Below, in pieces: positions 37,710 through 46,934 of a DNA stretch of 64,000 nt. The stretch comes from a virus. The position numbers and the translations under genes were made by a program. The notes beneath the pieces are model-generated. The model worked only from the letters and a program-made list of their open reading frames with translations. It had not been told where the DNA came from and did no database searches. The number at the start of each line of letters is the position of its first letter. Position 1 is the first letter of the stretch. The DNA lies in the IMG/VR virus record IMGVR_UViG_3300028608_000007, positions 116,544 through 180,543 of that record, one strand, 5' to 3'.

Positions 37710-38612
37710 ATGGGCAAGCAAAACAACACCACCCAACCACAAACTCAACAACAGGGTGAACAGGATGTTCAGGACCAGAACGAGCTGGATAGCACTGGCG
37801 CTGGCGACAACACTGATCAAGGCGACTCCACTGAGCCTGAGACCGGCGGCGAAGGCCAGGGCGAGAGCGGCACCGATTCCGAAGGCTCCGAGAGTGCTGG
37901 GAACTCCGATGAGGGCTCGGACACAGAAGCGCTGGCGGCCCTCGCGGCGCTGACCGCTGGTCAACAAGATCAGGGTGGTGACGAAGGTCAGGACGAAGGT
38001 GAAGGGGATGACGGCGACGGCACTCCGATCAACGATGTCCCAGCCGTTGCTGACGCACCTGCACAAGGCGACCTGCCTGCTGTAGCCGATGCTCCGAACA
38101 ACACCCCAGTAGTCACCCCACACGCTCGTATCCCGTCGGTGACCCTGGCTCCTGTCGCTGTTACCAAGGCTGAAATCAAAGTGCAACAGAACAACCTGAC
38201 CCTGACCATTCTGGCCAACCAGCTCGCTGACTACGCCAAGGCGATGCACCCGTCGCAACCGATGACTGCTATCGAGGGTAAAACCCAGCAGACCATCCTG
38301 TGGCGCACCATCGACGCGATCCTGAAACTGGAAGGCCCTGAGTTCATCAAGGGCTACACCATGTTGCTGGCCTTCGTCCACGAGAACCGCAGTGGTGCTC
38401 TGAACGATCGCTACATCTACCGTTACTTCGCGGATCTCACCATCCCGAACAACGATCGCAAGAACTTCAACCGCATGCTGAACCTGCTGTCGGCAACTGC
38501 TGATCCGGCCACCCGTCGTCTGGGCCTGGAGCAAGCTGACCTGACCGCTTCCCTGGCTGGCTTCCGTGACGGCGCCATCCAACAGCGCGTGACCGAGTTC
38601 TACTCGCTGTAA
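37710..38612 (+). CDS. Virion protein with long acidic disordered N-terminus (phiKZ gp79-like position)
   Basis: About 110 aa D/E/G/Q-rich leader, PAVADAP repeat, helical C-domain. Confidence 0.6.
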   Translation: MGKQNNTTQPQTQQQGEQDVQDQNELDSTGAGDNTDQGDSTEPETGGEGQGESGTDSEGSESAGNSDEGSDTEALAALAALTAGQQDQGGDEGQDEGEGDDGDGTPINDVPAVADAPAQGDLPAVADAPNNTPVVTPHARIPSVTLAPVAVTKAEIKVQQNNLTLTILANQLADYAKAMHPSQPMTAIEGKTQQTILWRTIDAILKLEGPEFIKGYTMLLAFVHENRSGALNDRYIYRYFADLTIPNNDRKNFNRMLNLLSATADPATRRLGLEQADLTASLAGFRDGAIQQRVTEFYSL

Positions 38613-38614
38613 GG

Positions 38615-38668
38615 CGGCATAGTAGCAAAAAAAAAAGAGCCCTGGGAAACCGGGGCTCTTTATGCCGC
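38615..38668. terminator. Bidirectional intrinsic terminator
   Basis: A10-GAGCCCTGG-GAAA-CCGGGGCTC-TTTATGCCG. Confidence 0.85.
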
Positions 38669-38670
38669 AC

Positions 38671-39279
38671 TCAATGGAGAGTGTGGTTGTAGTTGATGTG
38701 CTGCGTCACCACATTGACCCGTTGGCAGAATGCTTGGGTCTGATCTACAGTCGCAGCCATGAATTGGAGCACCCGTCCGATCATGTGTATCGCCACCTCT
38801 TTACGGAAGTTGGCTTGCATGTTCGCAAGGATTACCACCAGATAGTCATCCACCACAGCGTACATTTTAGTGGGGTTGACTTCCTTCATGACGTAACGCT
38901 GATAGAAGGTAATGTAGAACTGTTCGTAGGCTTCTGCGATGAAGTACGTCGCGAAGATCATCCCCAGGTTCTTCACCATCTCCATGACCCACGCACCGCC
39001 CATCAAGTGCCATGCAAAGTTGAAACCTTTGAGGACAGTGTGGCGCAGATTGTGGTCCGCGATTTCTTCACCACGGATAATGAAGCTGTAAGGGGTTCCA
39101 TGGATTGCCCGGCGTTCGGACAACATGAAAGGCACGTAAGGCTGGTCGAGGACGTCAATCATCAACTGGCGCAAGTGCGCTGGCATCCTCGGATCGCGGA
39201 AGAGTGCATCCGGGGGTAGCTTGAATAGGTATTCGGCGCGGTCTTTAGTCATCTCGCCGAACATAGCAACTTGTTCCAT
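38671..39279 (-). CDS. Conserved hypothetical protein
   Basis: Start moved to ATG 39279 (SD GAGGAG). Confidence 0.65.
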   Translation of the reverse strand: MEQVAMFGEMTKDRAEYLFKLPPDALFRDPRMPAHLRQLMIDVLDQPYVPFMLSERRAIHGTPYSFIIRGEEIADHNLRHTVLKGFNFAWHLMGGAWVMEMVKNLGMIFATYFIAEAYEQFYITFYQRYVMKEVNPTKMYAVVDDYLVVILANMQANFRKEVAIHMIGRVLQFMAATVDQTQAFCQRVNVVTQHINYNHTLH

Positions 39280-39300
39280 ACTCCTCACCTTTCTAAAGGC

Positions 39301-39331
39301 TGGCATAAAACGTAGGGGTCCGTAGACCCCC
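39301..39331 (-). terminator. Intrinsic terminator after the helicase
   Basis: Minus strand GGGGTC-TACG-GACCCC-TACGTTTTATGCC. Confidence 0.7.
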
Positions 39332-39335
39332 ACCA

Positions 39336-40913
39336 CTAGATCACGTAATCGGTTGTGTACAACTTGTGACTCAACACACGACCGCGGAATGTTTCCACTT
39401 TACGGTCATGATACTCGATGTGTTTTTCAATGTCACTACACACCAAGTAGAAGAAGGTCGGTATAGCATCAGGCCAGATCTTCAAGATCGTATCCCGTAG
39501 ACGCCCCATCGCTTGTAGGTTTGCCTGACTGGAACCCAATCCATCCGTCATGTACACATGGAGCAGCTTTGGAATATCCTGGGCTGTACCAAGTGACTTC
39601 AGGGTGGAGACAATGATATCCGACTCAAGCATCTCATCGAAATCATCTTCTGCTGTATACCGCATCACCTTCAAGTCGGCGTGACGTGGACGCAGGTAAT
39701 CTGCCATCAACGTACACATCTCCACCGTGGCGAAGTACATGAGGCATTTCTGCCCTTCCTTCATTACCCGGCGGTAGTTCTGCTGGACGATGTCAGCGTT
39801 CATCTCCAGATACGCCCTTAACGACTCCTTGTTCTTCGGGTCCATGAGGGCCTGTTCGAACATGATGTGGGAATAGGACTTACGGGCCCTATTGATCCAC
39901 TTGAGTCGCGTAGGCTGTTTCAACCGATACGCCAGCGCTTCCACTGTGGTGTAGATCACCCGCTCGCCGTTGTCAATCCGCTCCCGTTTAGGGAACATGA
40001 TCTCCTTACGACGGTTCAGGAAATCGTCATCACCTTCCAATGTACCGGAGAGTGAAAGCGCTTTCTGACAGTGCATGTACAGGTCTTGGCGATAGTTCAA
40101 ATGGAAGTCCTGGTGGACCTCGTCAATCAACCGGAAGCCAAAACCCATGGTTTGGTAGAAGTTCGGGGGCGTGCACCCATACCCCAAGTCGAGCAAGCCG
40201 TCTTTGAACTTCTCATAGTCCTTCAGGTAATTGTAGAAGGTGGTGTTGGAGCAGATTACAATCTTTGCATCCAACGCACCAGCCACAGCAAGGTTCGTCG
40301 CAAGCGCTAGCTGCTTGGAACCCTGTAACACCATCAGGTCGCCTTTCTTTAACTTGAACGCAGCCTCGATGTCACCGATCCACTTCTTGATATACATGGC
40401 TTTGATGCAGAGAAATACCCGCTTGCCATAACTCGCGATAGCTGTCAGTGCCATAAAGGTTTTACCACGGCCTGGATCAACCGTGATGATTTTCGTGACC
40501 CCGTCTTGCCCGACGTACTCGATCTTGGGAATCTGGTCGTCTCGGGGAGTACGTTTGTCAATTACGTCGAACTCCGCAGGGAATCCGTAGTTCTCAACTA
40601 AGTACTCGTACTGGATGTTTTGCTCGTTAAAGCCATACAGTTTCAGGTGTCGCTTCAGGTCGTCTAACTCATTCCGATGGAAGTGAAAGAATGACCTGTC
40701 GTGTGCTACCCCTACAAAGACGCGCAGCATGGCACGTTTGAATTGCCCATTGGGCATCCTCTCCATGCCGTACTGCGCTAAGCCCCTACAGAACTCCAGC
40801 AGGGCGAATTTCACCCGATGGTCAAAATCAACCACACGGACGTGATGACTTGCCACAATGATGCGCAAGTCTGGCTTTGCAATGGTAGGTGGAATCGGGG
40901 TTAAACACGACAC
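39336..40913 (-). CDS. Superfamily 2 DNA/RNA helicase (phiKZ gp75-like)
   Basis: Walker A PGRGKT, DEVH, SGT (motif III), QAMGRLR (motif VI). Confidence 0.9.
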   Translation of the reverse strand: MSCLTPIPPTIAKPDLRIIVASHHVRVVDFDHRVKFALLEFCRGLAQYGMERMPNGQFKRAMLRVFVGVAHDRSFFHFHRNELDDLKRHLKLYGFNEQNIQYEYLVENYGFPAEFDVIDKRTPRDDQIPKIEYVGQDGVTKIITVDPGRGKTFMALTAIASYGKRVFLCIKAMYIKKWIGDIEAAFKLKKGDLMVLQGSKQLALATNLAVAGALDAKIVICSNTTFYNYLKDYEKFKDGLLDLGYGCTPPNFYQTMGFGFRLIDEVHQDFHLNYRQDLYMHCQKALSLSGTLEGDDDFLNRRKEIMFPKRERIDNGERVIYTTVEALAYRLKQPTRLKWINRARKSYSHIMFEQALMDPKNKESLRAYLEMNADIVQQNYRRVMKEGQKCLMYFATVEMCTLMADYLRPRHADLKVMRYTAEDDFDEMLESDIIVSTLKSLGTAQDIPKLLHVYMTDGLGSSQANLQAMGRLRDTILKIWPDAIPTFFYLVCSDIEKHIEYHDRKVETFRGRVLSHKLYTTDYVI

Positions 40914-40929
40914 TTCCTACCTCCAACAC

Positions 40930-42897
40930 TTACTGTCTAGTCAAGTCCCCCATCATCAAGGGGTCCAGTGGGTGGTCAGGACGGTTCTTCAGAATGAAGG
41001 TACGGATGTCTTGGAGCGTAGCCCCTTGACGTTCGTACGCCATGGACGCAGCCAAGCTACGGTTATCCATGTTGTCCTCGTAATAACCAATCTCACCGTT
41101 CTCACGGTCTAGCGGTAAGCGGTGGTCCCGTTTCTCCACGCTCTCCACCATAGTGGACAGAATGATCACCTCAAGGTGCTGGATGTTTACGTTCAGCTTC
41201 GAACTGATCAGCCCGTAGAACGCAAACAATGCTTCCTCGGTGTTCGAGTAGGCATTCGAGGTCTGGTAACGCGAACGTTTGCCACGCGGTTTCCCTTTCC
41301 GGGTTGGGGCCGCTTTGATGAACTTCTCGATCTCGCCCATGTATTCCACCATGTTGGTGTGTTTCATGGGGAGCTTGAACATTACATCATTGTAGTCCCA
41401 GTTGGTCAGGTCAATCACGTAGTCGCCGCGTGTGGTCAGATCCCAACCATTACGCTTGATGTAGATCAACGCTTCTTCTGTCAGGTACGACAGTCGCGAA
41501 CCCATCGAGACCGACAGGTTAACTTTGTCCGCCGTTTCCTCGGGCCCAGGGATTTCCAGGGTGATATCCACGATTTCCGACAGTCGTTCCAGCGGTAGCG
41601 CCCGTACCGTCCGCACCCTGTTCAGGTCAGGCAGTCGTGGTGCGTAATCCGCAGGGATCACCATCTTGATCGGAAGACCAGCGAACTCAGCATTGAGCTT
41701 GACTTCGTTGCCCATTGTACCCAATCGCAAGTACGCCTGATCGTGTTCGTTGATATAGAAATCATCGACCACGGAACTACCATCCAAGTGTTTGGTAGAC
41801 AGAACGCTTTGCGACACCAGCTCACATAAGGTTGTGGCAGAGACGTGACCCAATACAGTGCCAGGCGGAATCGAGAAAGCCAACTCGCCCATGCAGGTGG
41901 AACAGACACCATAACGATCGGGGTGGCGACACTTGAGGACCGTGCGGACCTCGATCTCCGTACCAATCAGGTTACGCTGGTGTTTCAGGATCGGGAACAG
42001 ACCCTCAGGGGTTACCCGATACTTACCTTCCAACGCCTGGAAGTTCCCCGCAGTTACCTTCCAACGCATGGTTCCAGTAGAACCACAGTCGCCGTAGTGC
42101 ACCCGCTGTAGCGTACCACAACCCAACTGGAGCTGGCGGTTGAAGTACTCGGAGTCTGCCACTGGGTCTTTTGCAGCTTCCAACGCTTTGGATGCCGATC
42201 GAGATTCGATCAACGCGTCGTACAGGCTGATCAGACCCTGGGTGTAGTTCCGCATTACCGGATCGTGGAAGATCCGAGAGTCTACGTCAGTCAGGAAGCC
42301 CCGCAGAGAAACCACCTGCAATGTCTGACCGATACTCACCAGCTTAGACTTCACAGCCTTAGCGATTGGGTTGTAGGCCAGTTCATTGGGATCTTTCAAC
42401 ACCGCCGTCACAGCACGATAAGTTTCATCGATGGATTGCTGAGTCGGTTTCGCATTGGCGTTAGCCGCTGCAATCTTCGGATGACGGATTACGTCGATGA
42501 AGTCAGTAATACAGATACTGGCCACATGGCGCTCTTGCATCGTCACGGTGTTGTTATAGATCATCTGCTGCGTATCGTAGATTGCACGCGACCACTCTTC
42601 GTTGTCGTAGACAATCCCGTTAGCAGTACAGTGGTCCACCGCCAAGGAACGCCCAACAGCCATCAGGTCGTTGAATGTATCCTTGGTCAGGCGGTCCCCA
42701 CCCATGTGAGACTTCTTCAGGTGGGGGATTTGCGGGTAGCGCCGGTTGAACAAAGCGCAATACCACACGTAGATCGTGGCTTCACGCTCAACCAGCAGTT
42801 CACCATCATCGTACTCAATGATGAACTTGTCGTCCGGGAAGGTCCAGACATCTTCCTCACTCTGCTGGTAGATCTCGCGAGCAGAATAACGATTCAT
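40930..42897 (-). CDS. rpoC: Non-virion RNA polymerase beta' C-terminal subunit (phiKZ gp74-like)
   Basis: DCGST, Zn site C....YGVCSTCMG, trigger-loop-like SQSVLSTKH; synteny. Confidence 0.85.
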   Translation of the reverse strand: MNRYSAREIYQQSEEDVWTFPDDKFIIEYDDGELLVEREATIYVWYCALFNRRYPQIPHLKKSHMGGDRLTKDTFNDLMAVGRSLAVDHCTANGIVYDNEEWSRAIYDTQQMIYNNTVTMQERHVASICITDFIDVIRHPKIAAANANAKPTQQSIDETYRAVTAVLKDPNELAYNPIAKAVKSKLVSIGQTLQVVSLRGFLTDVDSRIFHDPVMRNYTQGLISLYDALIESRSASKALEAAKDPVADSEYFNRQLQLGCGTLQRVHYGDCGSTGTMRWKVTAGNFQALEGKYRVTPEGLFPILKHQRNLIGTEIEVRTVLKCRHPDRYGVCSTCMGELAFSIPPGTVLGHVSATTLCELVSQSVLSTKHLDGSSVVDDFYINEHDQAYLRLGTMGNEVKLNAEFAGLPIKMVIPADYAPRLPDLNRVRTVRALPLERLSEIVDITLEIPGPEETADKVNLSVSMGSRLSYLTEEALIYIKRNGWDLTTRGDYVIDLTNWDYNDVMFKLPMKHTNMVEYMGEIEKFIKAAPTRKGKPRGKRSRYQTSNAYSNTEEALFAFYGLISSKLNVNIQHLEVIILSTMVESVEKRDHRLPLDRENGEIGYYEDNMDNRSLAASMAYERQGATLQDIRTFILKNRPDHPLDPLMMGDLTRQ

Positions 42898-42906
42898 ACG
42901 ACCTCC

Positions 42907-45084
42907 TTAGGACTCTTCTTTCTTATAGACGAAGCGCATGCCCGCACATTCAAGGATGTGGTTCACGAACACGTTGTTTCGACCGTTACCCACCGGGAAC
43001 TCTTTCCGGTCGATAACTTCCTTGATGTCAGTAGGTTTCGGGGCTCGCATGATGTTTGCCAGGATTTCCTTACCGACTGTCGGGTTGTTGGACTGATCGA
43101 TGATATCTGCCCAGACTTCGCCGCCACAGGTTGCCGCGCCCAGACGCACTTCTGCCTCACCAGTCATCCGCACAGGCTGAGCTGCACCCGGATAGCTGTT
43201 CTTGTCAGACTTGGTGATCTTGGCTGGGATGCCGTGGTGTTGCAGTTTCGCTGCCGATACGCCAGACCAATCGCCACCGGTTTTCTCCAGGACGATGATG
43301 TAAGCGCTACCGATAAGTACGGGTTCGACCGTGGTAACCTCTTTACCGAGATAACCAATGAACTTGACCGGACCGTACACAGGAGGGAATTCCTCCTTCA
43401 ACTGCTCGACCATAGTCGGGTAGTCAACCGGGTTGTTGTTCGGCATCCACAGGTAGATCCCGTCACGCAGTACGGAGAGCACGTGTGGTTCACCAGCGTT
43501 CGGATAGTCCGGCTCCATCATCATCTGCACCATCCACGGCGAACAGATTTGATAGAAGCGCAGCAACGCACTGTACGCTAGCTGTACTTTCTCTGGGTCC
43601 AACCGCACACCAGCTTGTGGTGCTTGGAAGCGCAGCAACGATTTAACCTCCTTAGGAACGTCGCTACCATCACGGTTAAAGCCAAACATTTCACGCAGGT
43701 TCTTGGTCAGACGGTCTGCCGAGGCGTTGATATACGGCTCGTACATACAACCCAAGTTCATACGCTTGATCACGGAATACGGTTCCATGATGATGTCAGC
43801 CCGATTACCCTCAGCATCGACAGGCATACGGTGGGCTGGCCACACTTGGCAGATTACGCCTTTGTTACCGTGACCACCAGAAAGCTTGGCACCATCCGTT
43901 GGGTGGGTGTCGAACTCAATGGTGATTTCCACACGCCAGTCATCCAGGGGTTGACGGCGATAGGTCTTGCTGGCCTGCTGACCCTGTGCGTTAGGTTTGT
44001 TTACGTAGCCCAGTGCTTGGAAGATCAGCTCGTGGAACTCTGGAGTCAACGACAGGTTAGCGCCGTGAGACTTCTTGAGCTTGTAGTAGATGTCCAGCAC
44101 TTTCTGGTAGAACTTAAGGTTCGCCTGATAATACTTGTTCATCTGGCGTTCCATGCCCATCGGTGTTGGAGGATTCCGATTGGTATCCTCGTGATACACC
44201 TGCACGTCAATAACTCGCGCACCCGGTTGAACGTAGGTGAGTTTGTCGTAGACGTAGTCGACTTCTTGCAGAGCACCCACAGACATTTCTACAGGAGCCA
44301 GCAGTGGGTCGTATGGGCGAGTAGCAAACAGCAGACCGTCAGGACGAACGTAGTCGCCAATGTCCGGGAACGGTTTGTACTGTCCTGGATTGTCCTTGTC
44401 GCGATACAGGTTCAGGAACATGTGTTTAGAACCTGCCGACTCGGTGTACTTCTTGAAGCCTTTTGCAACGAGGTGTGGACAAACATCGTCCGCCACAATC
44501 ACGCCGTCCTCAATAACCCCAGGCATCGACATGTACGCCACCTTGAGTTCACGACCCAAGTTATAGTTACCGTCTTTGTCGTGGTTCGAGGAACGTGCCA
44601 CCACGGAACCAGCAGGGATGCTAGCACCGGCATAAAGCTTGGAGGTCACGTCTTTGTTGAACTGGTACTTGAAACCAAAGTACTGGTGTTTGCAGTTAAA
44701 CCGGGGAACCACCAGGACCCCAATCTCTAATGTCTCCGCATCTTCGTAGATGTATACAGTTTCAGGGTTTTCAGCAATGGTGTCCACACCAATGGAAAAC
44801 GGATAGCGTTCGATCTCTGCAATGATGTTCACATTGCGGTCAAACCTTTTCTCAAAGGTAAAGCGACCGAATTCGCGTTCAGTGCCGGTTTGTTGCCGAC
44901 GAGGTGTAGCTCCCTTAATTACCAGCGCTTGACCGTACTGCGAGTTTACCATCTGCACACGAGACGAACTGTTGGCGCGAAGGTGCGTAATAATGCTGCC
45001 TTGGCCGGTGATCTCTGGAAACAGTTGGTAGTCTGTCGCCATCGGGTCCGCGTTCGAATAGTGCGGAATGGGTGTATCGTCCAT
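42907..45084 (-). CDS. rpoB: Non-virion RNA polymerase beta C-terminal subunit (phiKZ gp71-73-like), uninterrupted
   Basis: NSSSRVQM, IEDG, K.SG.HGNKG, RMNLG, GEAE motifs. Confidence 0.9.
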   Translation of the reverse strand: MDDTPIPHYSNADPMATDYQLFPEITGQGSIITHLRANSSSRVQMVNSQYGQALVIKGATPRRQQTGTEREFGRFTFEKRFDRNVNIIAEIERYPFSIGVDTIAENPETVYIYEDAETLEIGVLVVPRFNCKHQYFGFKYQFNKDVTSKLYAGASIPAGSVVARSSNHDKDGNYNLGRELKVAYMSMPGVIEDGVIVADDVCPHLVAKGFKKYTESAGSKHMFLNLYRDKDNPGQYKPFPDIGDYVRPDGLLFATRPYDPLLAPVEMSVGALQEVDYVYDKLTYVQPGARVIDVQVYHEDTNRNPPTPMGMERQMNKYYQANLKFYQKVLDIYYKLKKSHGANLSLTPEFHELIFQALGYVNKPNAQGQQASKTYRRQPLDDWRVEITIEFDTHPTDGAKLSGGHGNKGVICQVWPAHRMPVDAEGNRADIIMEPYSVIKRMNLGCMYEPYINASADRLTKNLREMFGFNRDGSDVPKEVKSLLRFQAPQAGVRLDPEKVQLAYSALLRFYQICSPWMVQMMMEPDYPNAGEPHVLSVLRDGIYLWMPNNNPVDYPTMVEQLKEEFPPVYGPVKFIGYLGKEVTTVEPVLIGSAYIIVLEKTGGDWSGVSAAKLQHHGIPAKITKSDKNSYPGAAQPVRMTGEAEVRLGAATCGGEVWADIIDQSNNPTVGKEILANIMRAPKPTDIKEVIDRKEFPVGNGRNNVFVNHILECAGMRFVYKKEES

Positions 45085-45150
45085 AAAACGCTCCTGACAG
45101 AGGGAGTTTTGTTACCATTGAAACAGGCGCACGAAGCCAGTGTCCCAATA

Positions 45151-45167
45151 ATAGTATAGGTTTCAAA
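45151..45167 (-). promoter_or_regulatory. Variant early-type promoter for the nvRNAP beta gene
   Basis: Minus strand TTTGAAACCTATACTAT, same spacing as the consensus. Confidence 0.5.
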
Positions 45168-45195
45168 TGATTTTTGTTGGATGTGAGGTTTTACT

Positions 45196-45540
45196 ATGGC
45201 CATGCCAATTGCCCAGAAGATGATTGACCCTGGTGCACAGGTCTATTACGACCAAGCATTCAGGCGCGTGCTCGAAACACATCTGGGGTTACTGCGCAAC
45301 ATGCAGGAAACCAAACTCGTGGAGATCGAAAACGACTTGGCGTACAAGTACGAATACGATTTCTACGGGATGCTCCAGGCTAAAAACGTCCCAGAATACC
45401 TACACTGGGTTGTCATGCGAGTCAATGACATGACCGATCCACGGGAATTCCTGAGTACCATGAATCAGTTCCTCTATCCACCGGCAGAAGTTATTGAGAA
45501 CATCCGTCGGATTTATGCAACCACTGTCAATAAGCTATAA
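45196..45540 (+). CDS. Small baseplate wedge-like protein (T4 gp53/LysM-like)
   Basis: YDFYG...YLHWVVMRVNDMTDP resembles the gp53 Y.....YW..LM.N.I.DP pattern. Confidence 0.55.
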   Translation: MAMPIAQKMIDPGAQVYYDQAFRRVLETHLGLLRNMQETKLVEIENDLAYKYEYDFYGMLQAKNVPEYLHWVVMRVNDMTDPREFLSTMNQFLYPPAEVIENIRRIYATTVNKL

Positions 45541-45584
45541 AAAGAAAAGGGAGGCTTTGACCCCTCCCTTTTCTTTATGCCGTC
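45540..45584. terminator. Bidirectional intrinsic terminator
   Basis: AAAAGGGAGG-CTTTGACC-CCTCCCTTTT-CTTTATGCCG. Confidence 0.8.
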
Positions 45585-45587
45585 AGG

Positions 45588-46934
45588 TCAGATCCCGTTA
45601 GGGAACATGACCTGTTGTTGCTGACCGAACAGGCTCGGACCTTGTTGGCCCCGGAAGCCGTTGTTCTGGTTGGTGTTGAAGAAGCTGGTTCCTTGCGGCT
45701 GGGCGTAGCCACCACGGGTCACCTGCACAGGTGCGTGGAAAGCTTGCGGCTGCTGGAACAGCGCTGGCTGAGCGAAGCGGTTCGCCTGCTGGAACGCGGC
45801 GTTTTGTTGTTGCAGGGCTGGCGACTTGGCGAGAAGATCTTTCCAAGTACCGCCTGCTGGCGCTGGTTCTTGCTGAGTGGTGGACTGCTGGGCGTACGGT
45901 GGATCGAACGGAAGGTCGTTGCTCTGCGGCGGGAATGCAGTAGGTGCAGCGGATTCACGATCTACCACAGCTTGGGCCAAGCGGTTCACGTTGGCTTTCG
46001 GTGCATGGGAAACAACACCCAACGCAGCCTTGACACCTTCGTGACCATCACCCACATCGCCTTCGTTACCAGCCAGCGACGGGATCATGTCGCGGTACTG
46101 TGCCAGATCGTCGATGTGATCGGCGAAGGCCAAGTCGATGTGCAGCTCGTCTGGATTGTCCAGGTGTTTGCGGAACAGATGCGTGATCTTGTTCAGCTTC
46201 TTGGCAATCTTGACGAACGAACTCAACAACGCGTGCAGGTTCGGGGCGGCCATGCTGTTGCTGCCGAACGAGTAGGCTTCTGCGACATCCGCATCCGGGA
46301 GGATGTAGTTGAACAGCGCGAGGATTGCCTTCTTGTTCTTGAGCGAACCCATGTTGACGTCGTAGGCTTTGGTGCCTTCGGATTTCAACTGCTCGACCAG
46401 TGGGAAGTCCACGACTGCCACACGCTGGTAGCCTTTGCCCTTGTAGGTGCCGCCGCGCTTGATGAAAAGGGACATCAGTCGACGTTCACCGTCGATCGAG
46501 ATCACATCCATCAGGTTGTTCAGCTTCTTCAGAGTGTCAGCGTTCACCGCACCGATCAACGACAAGAACTCCGACTGAGTCGGCGACAGCTTCTTGTGGT
46601 AGTCGGTATCGACAGCCATACCCATCAGGTCGGTCAGCAGGCAGGAAGCCACGGTGGTGATACGAGCCATCACCGCGACTTTCAGCTTACGGATCATCGG
46701 GGACTCGCCACGAATGATCGCTTCGGACATTGGGTGGAACGCGATGGTGTTTTCCCAGTCCGGGTTTTGAAGCACTGGTGCAGCCGGGAAGACAATGCGC
46801 TTCCCGTTACACATGGCCGGGACTTTCTCGCCGCCGATTACGTAGCTGACGAGATTGTCTTCGCCGACCACGAAGTTGTTCGCTGCCAGAATGGCGCGAT
46901 ACAGTTCGAGGATGGTCATAGTTTTCCTTCCCAT
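45588..46934 (-). CDS. Conserved nucleus-cluster protein (phiKZ gp70-like) with Q/N/F-rich disordered C-tail
   Basis: 448 aa; sits between PicA and nvRNAP beta. Confidence 0.7.
   Translation of the reverse strand: MGRKTMTILELYRAILAANNFVVGEDNLVSYVIGGEKVPAMCNGKRIVFPAAPVLQNPDWENTIAFHPMSEAIIRGESPMIRKLKVAVMARITTVASCLLTDLMGMAVDTDYHKKLSPTQSEFLSLIGAVNADTLKKLNNLMDVISIDGERRLMSLFIKRGGTYKGKGYQRVAVVDFPLVEQLKSEGTKAYDVNMGSLKNKKAILALFNYILPDADVAEAYSFGSNSMAAPNLHALLSSFVKIAKKLNKITHLFRKHLDNPDELHIDLAFADHIDDLAQYRDMIPSLAGNEGDVGDGHEGVKAALGVVSHAPKANVNRLAQAVVDRESAAPTAFPPQSNDLPFDPPYAQQSTTQQEPAPAGGTWKDLLAKSPALQQQNAAFQQANRFAQPALFQQPQAFHAPVQVTRGGYAQPQGTSFFNTNQNNGFRGQQGPSLFGQQQQVMFPNGI

Noticed and set aside
23610-38636. 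Other A/T homopolymer runs (23610, 30055, 38627) as slippery sites
   Set aside because: They are intergenic U-tracts of bidirectional terminators, not within coding frames
26913-39331. Identical AGGGGTCCGTAGACCCC at ~26912 and ~39314 as a dispersed repeat element
   Set aside because: Explained as a GC stem with a cUACGg tetraloop terminator on the minus strand; too short to imply mobility
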